A DNA stretch of 64,000 bases, taken from NCBI RefSeq assembly GCF_036321535.1, contig NC_087436.1:1612001-1676000 (forward strand), given 5' to 3'. The notes beneath the pieces were generated by a model. The model did no database searches, was not told the DNA's origin, and saw only the letters and a program-made list of their open reading frames with translations. A program made the position numbers and the translations under genes. This DNA is from Camelus dromedarius. Lineage: Eukaryota. This document shows, piece after piece, positions 1-11,440 of the stretch; the stretch's first letter is position 1; every line of letters starts with the position of its first letter.

Positions 1-579
1 CTCAGAAATGAGCATGTGGAGTGACGTTCGTTCATCTAGCACAAATGGAACGGTTTGCAGGAGAAACTTTTACTCTGGTTTCTCAGTCTGTTTCCTACTG
101 CCGGTTTGATGTTCCTGCAGTTTTCACTGTAAAACCGAGTTGGAGCTCGTACCTTCCCATATATATGTATGGAGTGGTGTTTGCAAGTGAAAAGAAACTT
201 TGTGTTCCCAACAAGCTAGGTGAAGGATGGCTTTCAAACACACTTATCTCTGAGAAATGAGCATGTGGAAAGACGTTCGTTCATCTAGCACAAAGGGAAC
301 TGTCTGAAGGAGAAACTTTTACTCTGGTTTCTCTGTATGTTTCCTACTGCCGATATGAAGTTCCTGCAGTTTTCACTGTAAAACCGAGTTGGAGCTTGTA
401 CCTCCCCATATATATGTATGGAGTGGAGTTTGCAACTGAAAAGAATCTTTGTGTTCCCAACAAGCTAGGTGAAGGACGGCTTTCACACACAATTATCTCT
501 CAGAACTGAGCATGTGGAGAGACTTTCGTTCATCTAGCACAAAAGGAATGGGTTGCAGGAGAAACTATTTCTCTGGTTT

Positions 580-3500
580 CTCAGTCTGTTCCCTAGTGCC
601 GGTATGAACTTCCTTCAGGTTTACCTGTAAAACATATTTGGAACTGTACCTACGCATATATATGTATGGAGTGGAATTTGCAACTGAAAATAAACTTTGT
701 GTTCAGTACAAGCTAGTTTAAGGGAGGCAATCACACACACAAATCTCTCAGAACTGAGCATGTGGAGAGACTTTCGTTCATCTAGCACAAAGGGAAAGGG
801 TTGCAGGAGAAACTTTTACTGTGGTATCTCAGTGTGTTTCCTACTGCCGGTTTGAAGTTCCTGCAGATTTCACTGTAAAACCGAGTTGGAGCTCGTACCT
901 CCCCATATATATGTATGGAGTGGAATTTGAAACTGAAAAGAAACTTTGTGTTCCCAACAAGCTAGGTGAAGGCGGCTTTCACACACACTTATCTCTCAGA
1001 ACTGAGCATGTGGAGAGACTTTGGTTCATCTAGCACAAAGGGAAAGGGTTGCAGGAGAAACTTTTACTGTGGTATCTCAGTGTGTTTCCTACTGCCGGTT
1101 TGAAGTTCCTGCAGATTTCACTGTAAAACCGAGTTGGAGCTAGTACCTACCCATATATATGTATGGAGTGGAGTTTGCAAATGAAAAGAAACTTTGTGAT
1201 CCCAACAAGCTAGGTGAAGGCGGCTTTCACACACACTTATCTCTCAGAACTGAGCATGTGGAGAGACGTTCGTTCATCTAGCACAAAGGGAACGTGTTGC
1301 AAGGGAAACTTTTACTTTGGTTTCTCAGTCTGTTTCCTATTACCGGTTTGAATTTCCTGCAGTTTTCACTGTAAAACCGATTTCTAGCTTGTACCACCCC
1401 ATATATATTTATGGAGTGGATTTTGCAACTGAAAAGAAACTTTGTGTTCAGTACAAGCCAGGTGAAGGACGGCTTTCACACACAATTATCTTTCAGAACT
1501 TAGCATGTGGAGAGACGTTCATTCATCTAGCAGAAAGGGAAGGGTTGCAGGAGAAACTTTTAATCTGGTTTCTCAGTCTGTTTCCTACTGCCGGTTTGAA
1601 GTTCCTGCAGTTTTCACTGTAAAACCGATTTGGAACTCGTACCTCCCCATATATATGTATGGACTGGAATTTGCAAGTGAAAAGAAACTTTGTGTTCCCA
1701 ACAAGCTAGGTGAAAGATGGCTTTCACACACAATTATCTCTGAGAACTGAGCATGTGGAGAGACGTTCATTCATCTAACATAAAGGGAAAGGGTTGCAGG
1801 AGAAACTTTTACTCTGGTTTCTCAGTCTATTTCCTACAGCCGGATTGAAGTTACTGCAGTTTTCACTGTAAAAGAGAGTTGAAGCTAGAACCTCCCCATA
1901 TATATGTATGGAGTGGAGTTTGCAACTGAAAAGAAACTTTGTGTTCCCAACTAGCTATGAGAAGGACGGCTTTCACACACACTTATCTCTCAGAACTGAG
2001 CATGTGGAGAGACGTTCGTTCATCTAGCACAAAGGAAAGGGTTGCACGAGAAACTTTTACTCTGGTTTCTCAGTCTGTTTCCTACTGCCGGTTTGAAGTT
2101 CCTGCACTTTTCACTGTAAAACAGAGTTGGAGCTCGTACCTACCCATATATATGTATGGAGTGGAGTTTGCAAGTGAAAAGAAACTTTCTGTTCCCAAAA
2201 AGCTAGGTGAAGGATGGCTTTCACACACACTTATCTCTCAGATCTGAGCATGTGGAGAGACGTTCGTTCATCTAGCACAAAGGGAATGGGTTGCAGGAGA
2301 AACATTTACTCTGGTTTCTCAGTCTGTTTCCTACTGCCTGTTTGAAGTTCCTGCAGTTTTCACTGTAAAAGAGAGTTGGAGCTGGTACCTCCCCATATAT
2401 ATGTATGGATTGGAGTTTGTAACTGAAAAGAAACTTTGTGTTCCCAGCAAGCTAGGTGAAGGACGGCTTTCACACACACTTATCCCTCAGAACTGAGCAT
2501 GTGGAGAGACGTTCGTTCATCTAGCACAAAGGGAACGGGTTGCAGGTGAAAATTTTACTCTGGTTTCTCAGACAGTTTCCTACTGCCGGTTTGAAGTTCC
2601 TGCAGTTTTCACTGTAAAACCGAGTTGGAGCTAGTACCTCCCCATATATATATATGGATTGGAGTTCTCAACTGAAAAGACTTTGTGTTCCCAACAAGCT
2701 AGTTGAAGGATGGCTTTCACACACATTAATCTCTCAGAACTGAGCTTGTGGAGAGACGTTCGTTCATCTAGCACAAAAGGAACGGTTTGCAGGAGAAACT
2801 TTTAGTCTGGTTTCTCAGTCTGTCTCCTAGTGCCGGTTTGAAGTTCCTGCAGGTTTCACTGTAAAACCGAGTTGGAGCTAGTACTTCCCCATATATATGT
2901 ATGGATTGGGGTTTGCAACAGAAAAGAAACATTGTGTTCCCAACAAGCTAGTTGAAGGCGGCTTTCACACACACTTATCTCTCAGAACTGAGCATGTGGA
3001 GAGACGTTCTTTCATCTAGCACAAAGGGAACGGGTTGCAGGAGAAACTTTTACTGTGGTTTCTCAGTCTGTTTCCTAGTGCCGGTTTGAACTTCATGCAG
3101 TTTTACCTGTAAAACAGATTTGGAGCTGTCCTTCCCCATATATATGTATGGAGTGGAATTTGCAACTGAAAAGAAACTTTGTGTTCAGTACAAGCTAGGT
3201 GAAGGACGGCTATCACACACACAAATCTCTCAGAACTGAGCATGTGGAGAGACTTTCGTTCATCTAGCACAAAGGGAACGGGATGTAGGAGAAACTTTTA
3301 CTCTGGTATCTCAGTGTGTTTCCTACTGCCGGTTTGAGTTCCTGCAGTGTTCAATGTAAAACCGAGTTGGAGCTCGTACCTCCCCATATATATGTATGGA
3401 ATGGAGTTTGCAAGTGAAAAGATACTTTGTTTTCCCAACAAGCTTGGTGAAGGATGGCTTTCACACTCACCTACCTCTCAGAACTGAGCATGAGGAGAGA

Positions 3501-6500
3501 CGTTCTTTCATCTAGCACAAAGGGAACGGGTTGCAGGAGAAAATTTTACTCTGGTTTCTCAGTGTGTTTCCTACAGCCGGTTTGAAGTTCCTGCAGTTTT
3601 CACTGTAAAACAGAGTTATAGCTAGTACCTCCCCATATATATGTATGGATTGGAGTTTGCAACTGAAAGAAACTTTGTGATCCGAACAAGCTAGGTGTAG
3701 GACGGCTTTCACACACACTTATCTGTCAGAACTGAGCATGTGGAGAGACGTTCGTTCATCTAGCACAAAGGGAACGGGTTGCAGGAGAAACTTTAACTCT
3801 GGTTTCTCATTCTGTTCCCTAGTGCCGGTTTGAACTTCCTTCAGGTTTACCTGTAAATCATATTTGGAACTGTACCTACGCATATATATGTATGGAGTGG
3901 AATTTGCAACTGAAAATAAACTTTGTGTTCAGTACAAGCTAGTTTAAGGGAGGCAATCACACACACAAATCTCTCAGAACTGAGCATGTGGAGAGACTTT
4001 CGTTCATCTAGCACAAAGGGAAAGGGTTGCAGGAAAAACTTTTACTGTGGTATCTCAGTGTGTTTCCTACTGCCGGTTTGAAGTTCCTGCAGATTTCACT
4101 GTAAAACCGAGTTGGGGCTCGTACCTCCCCATATATATGTATGGAGTGGAGTTTGAAACTGAAAAGAAACTTTGTGTTCCCAACAAGCTGGGTGAAGGCG
4201 GCTTTCACACACACTTATCTCTCAGAACTGAGCATGTGGAGAGACTTTGGTTCATCTAGCACAAAGGGAAAGGGTTGCAGGAGAAACTTTTACTGTGGTA
4301 TCTCAGTGTGTTTCCTACTGCCGGTTTGAAGTTCCTGCAGATTTCACTGTAAAACCGAGTTGGAGCTAGTACCTACCCATATATATGTATGGAGTGGAGT
4401 TTGCAAATGAAAAGAAACTTTGTGTTCCCAACAAGCTAGGTGAAGGCGGCTTTCACACACACTTATATCTCAGAACTGAGCATGTGGAGAGACGTTCGTT
4501 CATCTAGCACAAATGGAACGTGTTGCAAGAGAAACTTTTACTTTGGTTTCTCAGTCTGTTTCCTATTACCGGTTTGAATTTCCTGCAGTTTTCACTATAA
4601 AACAGATTTCTAGCTTGTACCACCCCATATATATTTATGGAGTGGATTTTGCAACTGAAAAGAAACTTTGTGTTCAGTACAAGCAAGGTGAAGGACGGCT
4701 TTCACACACAATTATCTTTCAGAACTTAGCATGTGGAGAGACGTTCATTCATCTAGCAGAAAGGGAAAGGGTTGCAGGAGAAACTTTTACTCTGGTTTCT
4801 CAGTCTGTTTCCTACTGCCGGTTTGAAGTTCCTGCAGTTTTCACTGTAAAAGAGATTTGAAGTTAGAACCTCCCCATATATATGTATGGAGTGGAGTTTG
4901 CAACTGAAAAGAAACTTTGTGTTCCCAACTAGCTATGTGAAGGACGGCTTTCACACACACTTATCTCTCAGAACTGAGCATGTGGAGAGACGTTCGTTCA
5001 TCTAGCACAAAGGGAACGGGTTGCAGGGGAAACTTTTACTCTGGTTTTTCAGGCTTTTTCCTAGTGCCGGTTTGAAGTTCCTGCAGTTTTCACTGTAAAA
5101 GCGAGTTGGAGTTAGTAACTCCCCATATATATGTATGGATTGGACTTTGCAACTGAAAAGAATCTTTGTGTTCCCAACAAGCTAGTTGAAGGACGGCTTT
5201 CACACACACTTATCTCTCAGAACTGAGCATGTGGAGAGACGTTCGATCATCTAGCACAAATGGAACGGATTGCAGGATAAACTTTTACTCTGGTTTCTCA
5301 GTCTGTTTCCTACTGCCTGTTTGAATTTCCTGCAGTTTTCACTGTAAAACCGAGTTGGAGCTAGTACCTACCCATATATATGTATGGAGTGGAGTTTGCA
5401 ACTGAAAAGAGACTTTGTGTTCCCAACAAGCTAGTTGAAGGACGGCTTTCACACACACTTATCTCTCACAACTGAGCATGTGGAGATACGTTCGTTCATC
5501 TAGCACAAAGGGAAAGGGTTGCAGGAGTAACTTTTACTCTGGTTTCTCAGTCTGTTTCCTACTGCCGGTTTGAAGTTCTTGCAGTTTTCACTGTAAAACC
5601 GAGTTGGAGCTAGTACCTCCCCATATATATGTATGGAGTGGAATTTGCAACTGAAAAGAAACTTTGTGTTCAGTACAAGCTAGGTGAAGGACGGCTTTCA
5701 CACACACTTATCTCTCAGATTTGAGCATGTGGAGAGACGTTCGTTCATCTAGCACAAATGGAATGGGTTGCAGCTGAAACTTTTACTCAGGATTCTCAGT
5801 CTGTTTCCTAGTGCCGGTTTGATGTTCCTGCATTTTTCACTGTAAAACAGAGTTGGAGCTATTACCTCCCCATATATATGTATGGAGTGGAGTTTGCAAC
5901 TGAAAAGATACTTTGTGTTCAGAAAAATCTAGGTGAAGTAAGGCTTTCACACGCATTTATCTCTGAGAACTGAGCATGTGGAGAGACGTACGTTCATCTA
6001 GCATAAAGGGAAAGGGTTGGAGGTGAAACTTTTTCTCTGATTTCTCAGTCTGTTTCCTAGTGCCGGTTTGAAGTTCTAGCAGTTTTCACTGTAAATCCGA
6101 GTTGGTGATAGTACCTCCCCATATATATGTATGGAGTGGAGTTTGCAACTGAAAAGAAACTTTGTATTCCCAACAAGCTAGGTGAAGGACGGATTTCACA
6201 CACAATTATCTCTCAGAACTGAGCATGTGGAGTGACGTTCGTTCATCTAGCACAAAGGGAAATGTTTGCAGGAGAAACTTTTACTCTGGTTTCTCAGTCT
6301 GTTTCCTACTGCCGGTTTGAAGTTCCTGCAGTTTTCACTGTAAAACCGATTTGGAGCTAGTACCTCCCCATATATATGTATGGAGTGGAGTTTTCAAGTG
6401 AAAAGAAACATTGTGTTCCCAACAAGCTAAGGGAAGGACGGCTTTCACACACAATTATCTCTCAGAACTGAGCATGTGGAGAGACGTTCGTTCATCTAGC

Positions 6501-9500
6501 ACAAAGGGAAAGGGTTACAGGAGAAACTTTTACTCTGGTTTCTCAGTCTGTTTCCTAGTGCCTGTTTGAATTTCCAGCAGTTTTTAGGGTAAAACCGAGT
6601 TGGAGCATGTATTTCCCCATATATATGTATGGAGTGGAGTTAGCAACTGAAAAGTAACTTTGTGTTCCCAAAAAGCTAGGTGAAGGACGGCTTTCACTCA
6701 CACTTATCTCTCAGAACTGAGCATGTGGAGAGACGTTCGTTCATCTAGCACAAAGGGAACGTGTTGCAGGAGAAACTTTTAGTCTGGTATTTCAGTTGTT
6801 TCCTAGTGCCGGTTTGAAGTTCCTGCAGTTTTCACTGTAAAACCGAGTTGGAGCTAGTACCTCCCCATATATATATATGGATTGGAGATTGCATCTGAAA
6901 AGAAACTTTGTGTTCAGAACAAGCTAGGTGAAGGGCGGCATTCACACACACTTATCTCTCAGAACTGAGCATGTGGAGAGACTTTCGTACATCTAGCACA
7001 AAAGGAACGGGTTGCAGGAGTAACTTTTACTCTGGTTTCTCAGTCTGTTTCCTAGTGCCGGTTTGAAGTTCCAGCAGTTTTCACTGTAAAACAGAGTTGG
7101 TGCTAGTACCTCCCCATATATATGTATGGAGTGGAGTTTGCAACTGAAAAGAAACTTTGTGTTCCCAACAAGCTAGTTTAAGGACGGCTTTCACACACAC
7201 TTATATCTGAGAACTGAGCATGTGTAGAGATGTTCGTTCATCTAGCAAAAATGGAACGGTTTGCAGGAGAAACTTTTACTCTGGTATCTCAGTCTGTTTC
7301 CTAGTGCCGGTTTGAAGTTCCTGCATTTTTCAGTGTAAAACCGATTTTGAGCTAGTACCTCCCCATAAATATATATGGATTGGGGTTTGCAAGTGAAAAG
7401 AAACTTTGTCTTCCCAACAAGCTAAGTGAAGGACGGCTTTCACACACACTTATCTGTCAGAACTTAGCATGTGGAGAGACGTTCGTTCATCTACCACAAT
7501 AGGAACGATTTGCAGAAGAAACTTTTACTGTGGTTTCTCAGTCTATTTCCTAGTGCTGGTTTGAAGTTCCTACAGTTTTCACTGTAAAAGCGAGTTGGAG
7601 CTAGTACCTACCCATATATATGTATGGATTGGAGTTTGCAACTGAAAAGAATCTTTGTGTTCCCAACCAGCTAGGTGAAGGAAGGATTTCACACACACTT
7701 ATCTCTCAGAACTGAGCATGTGGAGAGACGTTCGTTCATCTAGCACAAAGGGAAAGGGTTGCACGAGAAAATTTACTCTGGTTTCTCAGTCTGTTTCCTA
7801 CTGCCGATTTTAACTTCCTGCACTTTTCACTGTAAAACAGAGTTGGAGCTCGTACCTACCCATATATATGTATGGAGTGGAGTTTGCAAGTGAAAAGAAA
7901 CTTTGTGTTCCCAACAAGCTAGGTGAAGGATGGCTTTCACACACACTTATCTCTCAGATCTGAGCATGTGGAGAGACGTTCGTTCATCTAGCACAAAGGG
8001 AATGGGTTGCAAGAGAAACATTTACTCTGGTTTCTCAGTCTGTTTCCTACTGCCTGTTTGAAGTTCCTGCAGTTTTCACTGTAAAACAGAGTTGGAGCTG
8101 GTACCTCCCCATATATATGTATGGATTGGAGTTTGCAACTGAAAAGAAACTTTGTGTTCCCAGCAAGCTAGGTGAAGGACGGCTTTCACACACACTTATC
8201 CCTCAGAACTGAGCATGTGGAGAGACGTTCGTTCATCTAGCACAAAGGGAACTGGTTGCAGGTGAAAATTTTACTCTGGTTTCTCAGACTGTTTCCTACT
8301 GCCGGTTTGAAGTTCCTGCAGTTTTCACTGTAAAACCGAGTTGGAGCTAGTACCTCCCCATATATATGTATGGATTGGAGTTCTCAACTGAAAAGACTTT
8401 GTGTTCCCAACAAGCTAGTTGAAGGATGGCTTTCACACACATTAATCTCTCAGAACTGAGCTTGTGGAGAGACGTTCGTTCATCTAGCACAAAAGGAACG
8501 GTTTGCAGGAGAAAATTTTAATCTGGTTTCTCAGTCTGTCTCCTAGTGCCGGTTTGAAGTTCCTGCAGGTTTCACTGTAAAACCGAGTTGGAGCTAGTAC
8601 CTCCCCATATATATGTATGGATTGGGGTTTGCAACAGAAAAGAAACATTGTGTTCCCAACAAGCTAGTTGAAGGCGGCTTTCACACACACTTATCTCTCA
8701 GAACTGAGCATGTGGAGAGACGTTCGTTCATCTAGCACAAAGGGAACGGGTTGCAGGAGAAACTTTTACTGTGGTTTCTCAGTCTGTTTCCTAGTGCCGG
8801 TTTGAACTTCCTGCAGTTTTACCTGTAAAACAGATTTGGAGCTGTCCTTCCCCATATATATGTATGGAGTGGAATTTGCAACTGAAAAGAAACTTTGTGT
8901 TAAGTACAAGCTAGTTGAAGGACGGCTATCACACACACAAATCTCTCAGAACTGAGCATGTGGAGAGACTTTCGTTCATCTAGCACAAAGGGAACGGGTT
9001 GTAGGAGAAACTTATACTCTGGTATCTCAGTGTGTTTCCTACTGCCGGTTTGAGTTCCTGCAGTGTTCAATGTAAAACCGAGTTGGAGCTCGTACCTCCC
9101 CATATATATGTATGGAATGGAGTTTGCAAGTGAAAAGATACTTTGTTTTCCCAACAAGCTTGGTGAAAAATGGCTTTCACACTCACCTACCTCTCAGAAC
9201 TGAGCATGAGGATAGACGCTCGTTCATCTAGCACAAAGGGAACGGGTTGCAGGAGAAACTTTTACTCTGGTTTCTCAGTGTGTTTCCTACAGCCGGTTTG
9301 AAGTTCCTGCAGTTTTCACTGTAAAACAGAGTTATAGCTAGTACCTCCCCATATATATGTATGGATTGGAGTTTGCAACTGAAAGAAATTTTGTGATCCC
9401 AACAAGCTAGGTGTAGGACGGCTTTCACACACACTTATCTCTCAGAACTGAGCATGTGGAGAGACGTTCGTTCATCTAGCACAAAGGGAATGGATTGCAG

Positions 9501-11440
9501 GTGAAAATCATACTCTTGTTTCTCAGACTGTTTCCTACTGCCGGTTTGAAGTTCCTGCAGTTTTCACTGTAAAACCGAGTTGGAGCTAGTACCTCCCCTT
9601 ATATATGTATGGAGTGGAGTTAGCAACTGAAAATAAACTTTGTGTTCCCATCAAGCTAGGTGAAGGACGGCTTTCACACACACTTATCTCTCAGAAATGA
9701 GCATGTGGAGAGACATTCGTTCATCTAGCACAAAGGGTACGTGTTGCAGGTGAAAACTTTCTCTGGTTTCTCAGTCTGTTTCCTAGTGCCGGTTTGAAGT
9801 TCCTGCAGGTTTCACTGTAAAACCGAGTTGGAGCTAGTACCTCCCCATATATATGTATGGATTGGTGTTTGCAACTGAAAAGAAACATTGTGTACCCAAC
9901 AAGCTAGTTGAAGGCGGCTTTCACACACACTTATCTGTCAGAACTGAGCATGTGGAGAGACGTTCGTTCATCTAGCACAAAGGGAACGGGTTGCAGGAGA
10001 AACTTTTACTCTGGTTTCTCAGTCTGTTCCCTAGTGCCGGTATGAAATTCCTTCAGGTTTACCTGTAAAACATATTTGGAACTGTACCTACGCATATATA
10101 TGTATGGAGTGGAATTTGCAACTGAAAATAAACTTTGTGTTCAGTACAAGCTAGTTTAAGGGAGGCAATCACACACACAAATCTCTCAGAACTGACCATG
10201 TGGAGAGACTTTCGTTCATCTAGCACAAAGGGAAAGGGTTGCAGGAGAAACTTTTACTGTGGTATCTCAGTGTGTTTCCTACTGCCGGTTTGAAGTTCCT
10301 GCAGATTTCACTGTAAAACCGAGTTGGAGCTCGTACCTCCCCATATATATGAATGGAGTGGAGTTTGAAACTGAAAAGAAACTTTGTGTTCCCAACAAGC
10401 TAGGTGAAGGCGGCTTTCACACACACTTATCTCTCAGAACTGAGCATGTGGAGAGACTTTGGTTCATCTAGCACAAAGGGAAAGGGTTGCAGGAGAAACT
10501 TTTACTGTGGTATCTCAGTGTGTTTCCTACTGCCGGTTTGAAGTTCCTGCAGATTTCACTGTAAAACCGAGTTGGAGCTAGTACCTACCCATATATATGT
10601 ATGGAGTGGAGTTTGCAAATGAAAAGAAACTTTGTGTTCCCAACAAGCTAGGTGAAGGCGGCTTTCACACACACTTATCTCTCAGAACTGAGCATGTGGA
10701 GAGACGTTCGTTCATCTAGCACAAAGGGAACGTGTTGCAAGAGAAACTTTTACTTTGGTTTCTCAGTCTGTTTCCTATTACCGGTTTGAATTTCCTGCAG
10801 TTTTCACTGTAAAACCGATTTCTAGCTTGTACCACCCCATATATATTTATGGAGTGGATTTTGCAACTGAAAAGAAACTTTGTGTTCAGTACAAGACAGG
10901 TGAAGGACGGCTTTCACACACAATTATCTTTCAGAACTTAGCATGTGGAGAGACGTTCATTCATCTAGCAGAAAGGGAAAGGGTTGCAGGAGAAACTTTT
11001 AATCTGGTTTCTCAGTCTGTTTCCTACTGCCGGTTTGAAGTTCCTGCAGTTTTCACTGTAAAACCGATTTGGAACTCGTACCTCCCCATATATATGTATG
11101 GACTGGAATTTGCAAGTGAAAAGAAACTTTGTGTTCCCAACAAGCTAGGTGAAAGATGGCTTTCACACACAATTATCTCTGAGAACTGAGCATGTGGAGA
11201 GACGTTCATTCATCTAACAGAAAGGGAAAGGGTTGCAGGAGAAACTTTTACTCTGTTTTCTCAGTCTATTTCCTACAGCCGGTTTGAAGTTCCTGCAGTT
11301 TTCACTGTAAAAGAGAGTTGAAGCTAGAACCTCCCCATATATATGTATGGAGTGGAGTTTGCAACTGAAAAGAAACTTTGTGTTCCCAACTAGCTATTTG
11401 AAGGACGGCTTTCACACACACTTATCTCTCAGAACTGAGC
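580..11440. repeat. Variant higher-order units built from monomer blocks A(6)-B(7) / A'(5)-C(11)-B(7)-D(2) / A(6)
   Basis: Block A (CCTTCAGGTTTACCTG..., GTGGTATCTCAGTGTG x2, TCTAGCTTGTACCACC) recurs at ORF positions 821, 4047 and 10259 (spacings 3,226 and 6,212 bp). Block B (GCACGAG ... GAGTTATAGC) recurs at +5,716. Confidence 0.85.

Noticed and set aside
156..173. TATA box or CArG-like promoter element in CCATATATATGTATGG
   Set aside because: CArG needs CC(A/T)6GG, and here 12 bases separate CC and GG. A TA run in every satellite monomer with no downstream gene is not evidence of a promoter.
481..500. (CA)n and (TA)n microsatellites
   Set aside because: These are only 4-7 units and are fixed parts of the monomer, not independent repeat loci.
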